Of a stretch of 64,000 bases of DNA, positions 63,549 through 64,000 are shown piece by piece. The notes beneath the pieces are model-generated. The model did no database searches. It saw only the letters and a program-made list of their open reading frames with translations, and had not been told where the DNA came from. Position numbers and translations under genes: made by a program. Origin of the DNA: a virus (Duplodnaviria; Caudoviricetes). Position 1 is the stretch's first letter, and the number at the start of each line of letters is the position of its first letter. The stretch is taken from IMG/VR virus record IMGVR_UViG_3300034374_009547; one strand, given 5' to 3'.

Positions 63549-64000
63549 ATGGCATTGCGATTAAGACGCGGAACCAATTTACAAAGACTTGATTTCACCC
63601 CAGAGCAAGGTGAACTTATTTACGTTACAGATTATGATACAGCAAGCGTTTCACCCTTATGGATTGGTGACGGTACTACCGTAGGTGGTGTTGAAGTATC
63701 ATCAAGCGGGGGCGGTGGAATAACAGATGTTTCAAGCGACACAACTCCAGAACTAGGTGGTAATTTATCTTTAGCAGGCTTTGAAATTAATGGTACAGGT
63801 GATATTGATATTACAGGTGATATCACAGCAGTAGGTAATGTTTATGCTAATAACATAGTCGGCGACTTAACAGGCGCTGTAACAGGCAATGTGTCAGGTA
63901 ATGTAACAGGTAACTTAACAGGTAATGCAGCAGGTAACCATACTGGTTTTTTCACAGGTGAAATAAATGCCACAGGTGCTTTTGATGGAGATATAACAGG
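63549..64000 (+). CDS. Tail fibre protein, 3'-truncated (not in track)
   Basis: MALRLRRGT...TPEQGELIYVTD...LWIGDG.T.GG N-terminus, DTTPELGGNL motif, then G(N/D)(L/V)TG repeats; no stop before the window end. Confidence 0.75.
   Translation, partial: MALRLRRGTNLQRLDFTPEQGELIYVTDYDTASVSPLWIGDGTTVGGVEVSSSGGGGITDVSSDTTPELGGNLSLAGFEINGTGDIDITGDITAVGNVYANNIVGDLTGAVTGNVSGNVTGNLTGNAAGNHTGFFTGEINATGAFDGDIT

Noticed and set aside
1-64000. Stop-codon reassignment as seen in some jumbo phages
   Set aside because: Known genes are full length in code 11, and TAA, TGA and TAG all end genes at coupled junctions
1-64000. tRNA, rRNA, CRISPR array, transposase, intron or intein
   Set aside because: No cloverleaf, spaced repeat array or splicing motif seen; intergenic gaps are short and polB, thyX and clpA are uninterrupted (manual inspection only)

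Overview
This window is a gene-dense, AT-rich segment of a large T4-like (jumbo) dsDNA bacteriophage genome. Almost everything is on the + strand; phoH is the one convincing minus-strand gene. The 7Fe ferredoxin and the YccA/BI-1 protein look alphaproteobacterial, which suggests (inference) a Rhodobacterales-like host. In order: tail fibre/baseplate genes (1-6.6 kb); a stand-alone DnaE fragment, GroES, MazG-like genes, BI-1, a QueC-like/radical SAM pair, DEDDh exonuclease, clamp loader, APS-kinase-like and nucleotidyltransferase genes, ferredoxin, thyX and phoH (6.8-16.7 kb); a lysis cassette with GH19 endolysin, spanins and holin candidates (18.2-20.7 kb); dnaJ-def-clpA (20.7-24.2 kb); a block of probable internal head proteins with shared N-terminal leaders (24.9-33.6 kb); family B DNA polymerase, sugar-nucleotide enzymes and a putative sliding clamp (34-40.6 kb); a roughly 14 kb 7-deazaguanine locus (40.6-54.9 kb); RNase H, an EndoII-like GIY-YIG nuclease and a MoxR-VWA pair in promoter-delimited cassettes; and a further tail fibre gene running off the right end. 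The deazaguanine locus is the most interesting part. It holds a TGT/DpdA-like enzyme, a QueD-like protein, folE and queE, with an unusual tailoring set in between: two glycosyltransferase-like genes, GalE, two 2OG-Fe(II)-like oxygenases, a radical SAM enzyme, a PLP enzyme, an arginine-type amidinotransferase and a PRTase. Two promoter classes are visible: sigma70 TTGACA-N17-TATAAT-like and T4-late-like (G)ATAAATA. Also visible are structured leaders on folE and phoH and several small Cys-rich ORFs missed by the ORF track, including a 21-aa metallothionein-like peptide. No tRNA, rRNA, CRISPR array or transposase was seen. All family assignments come from motif recognition by eye, not from database searches.
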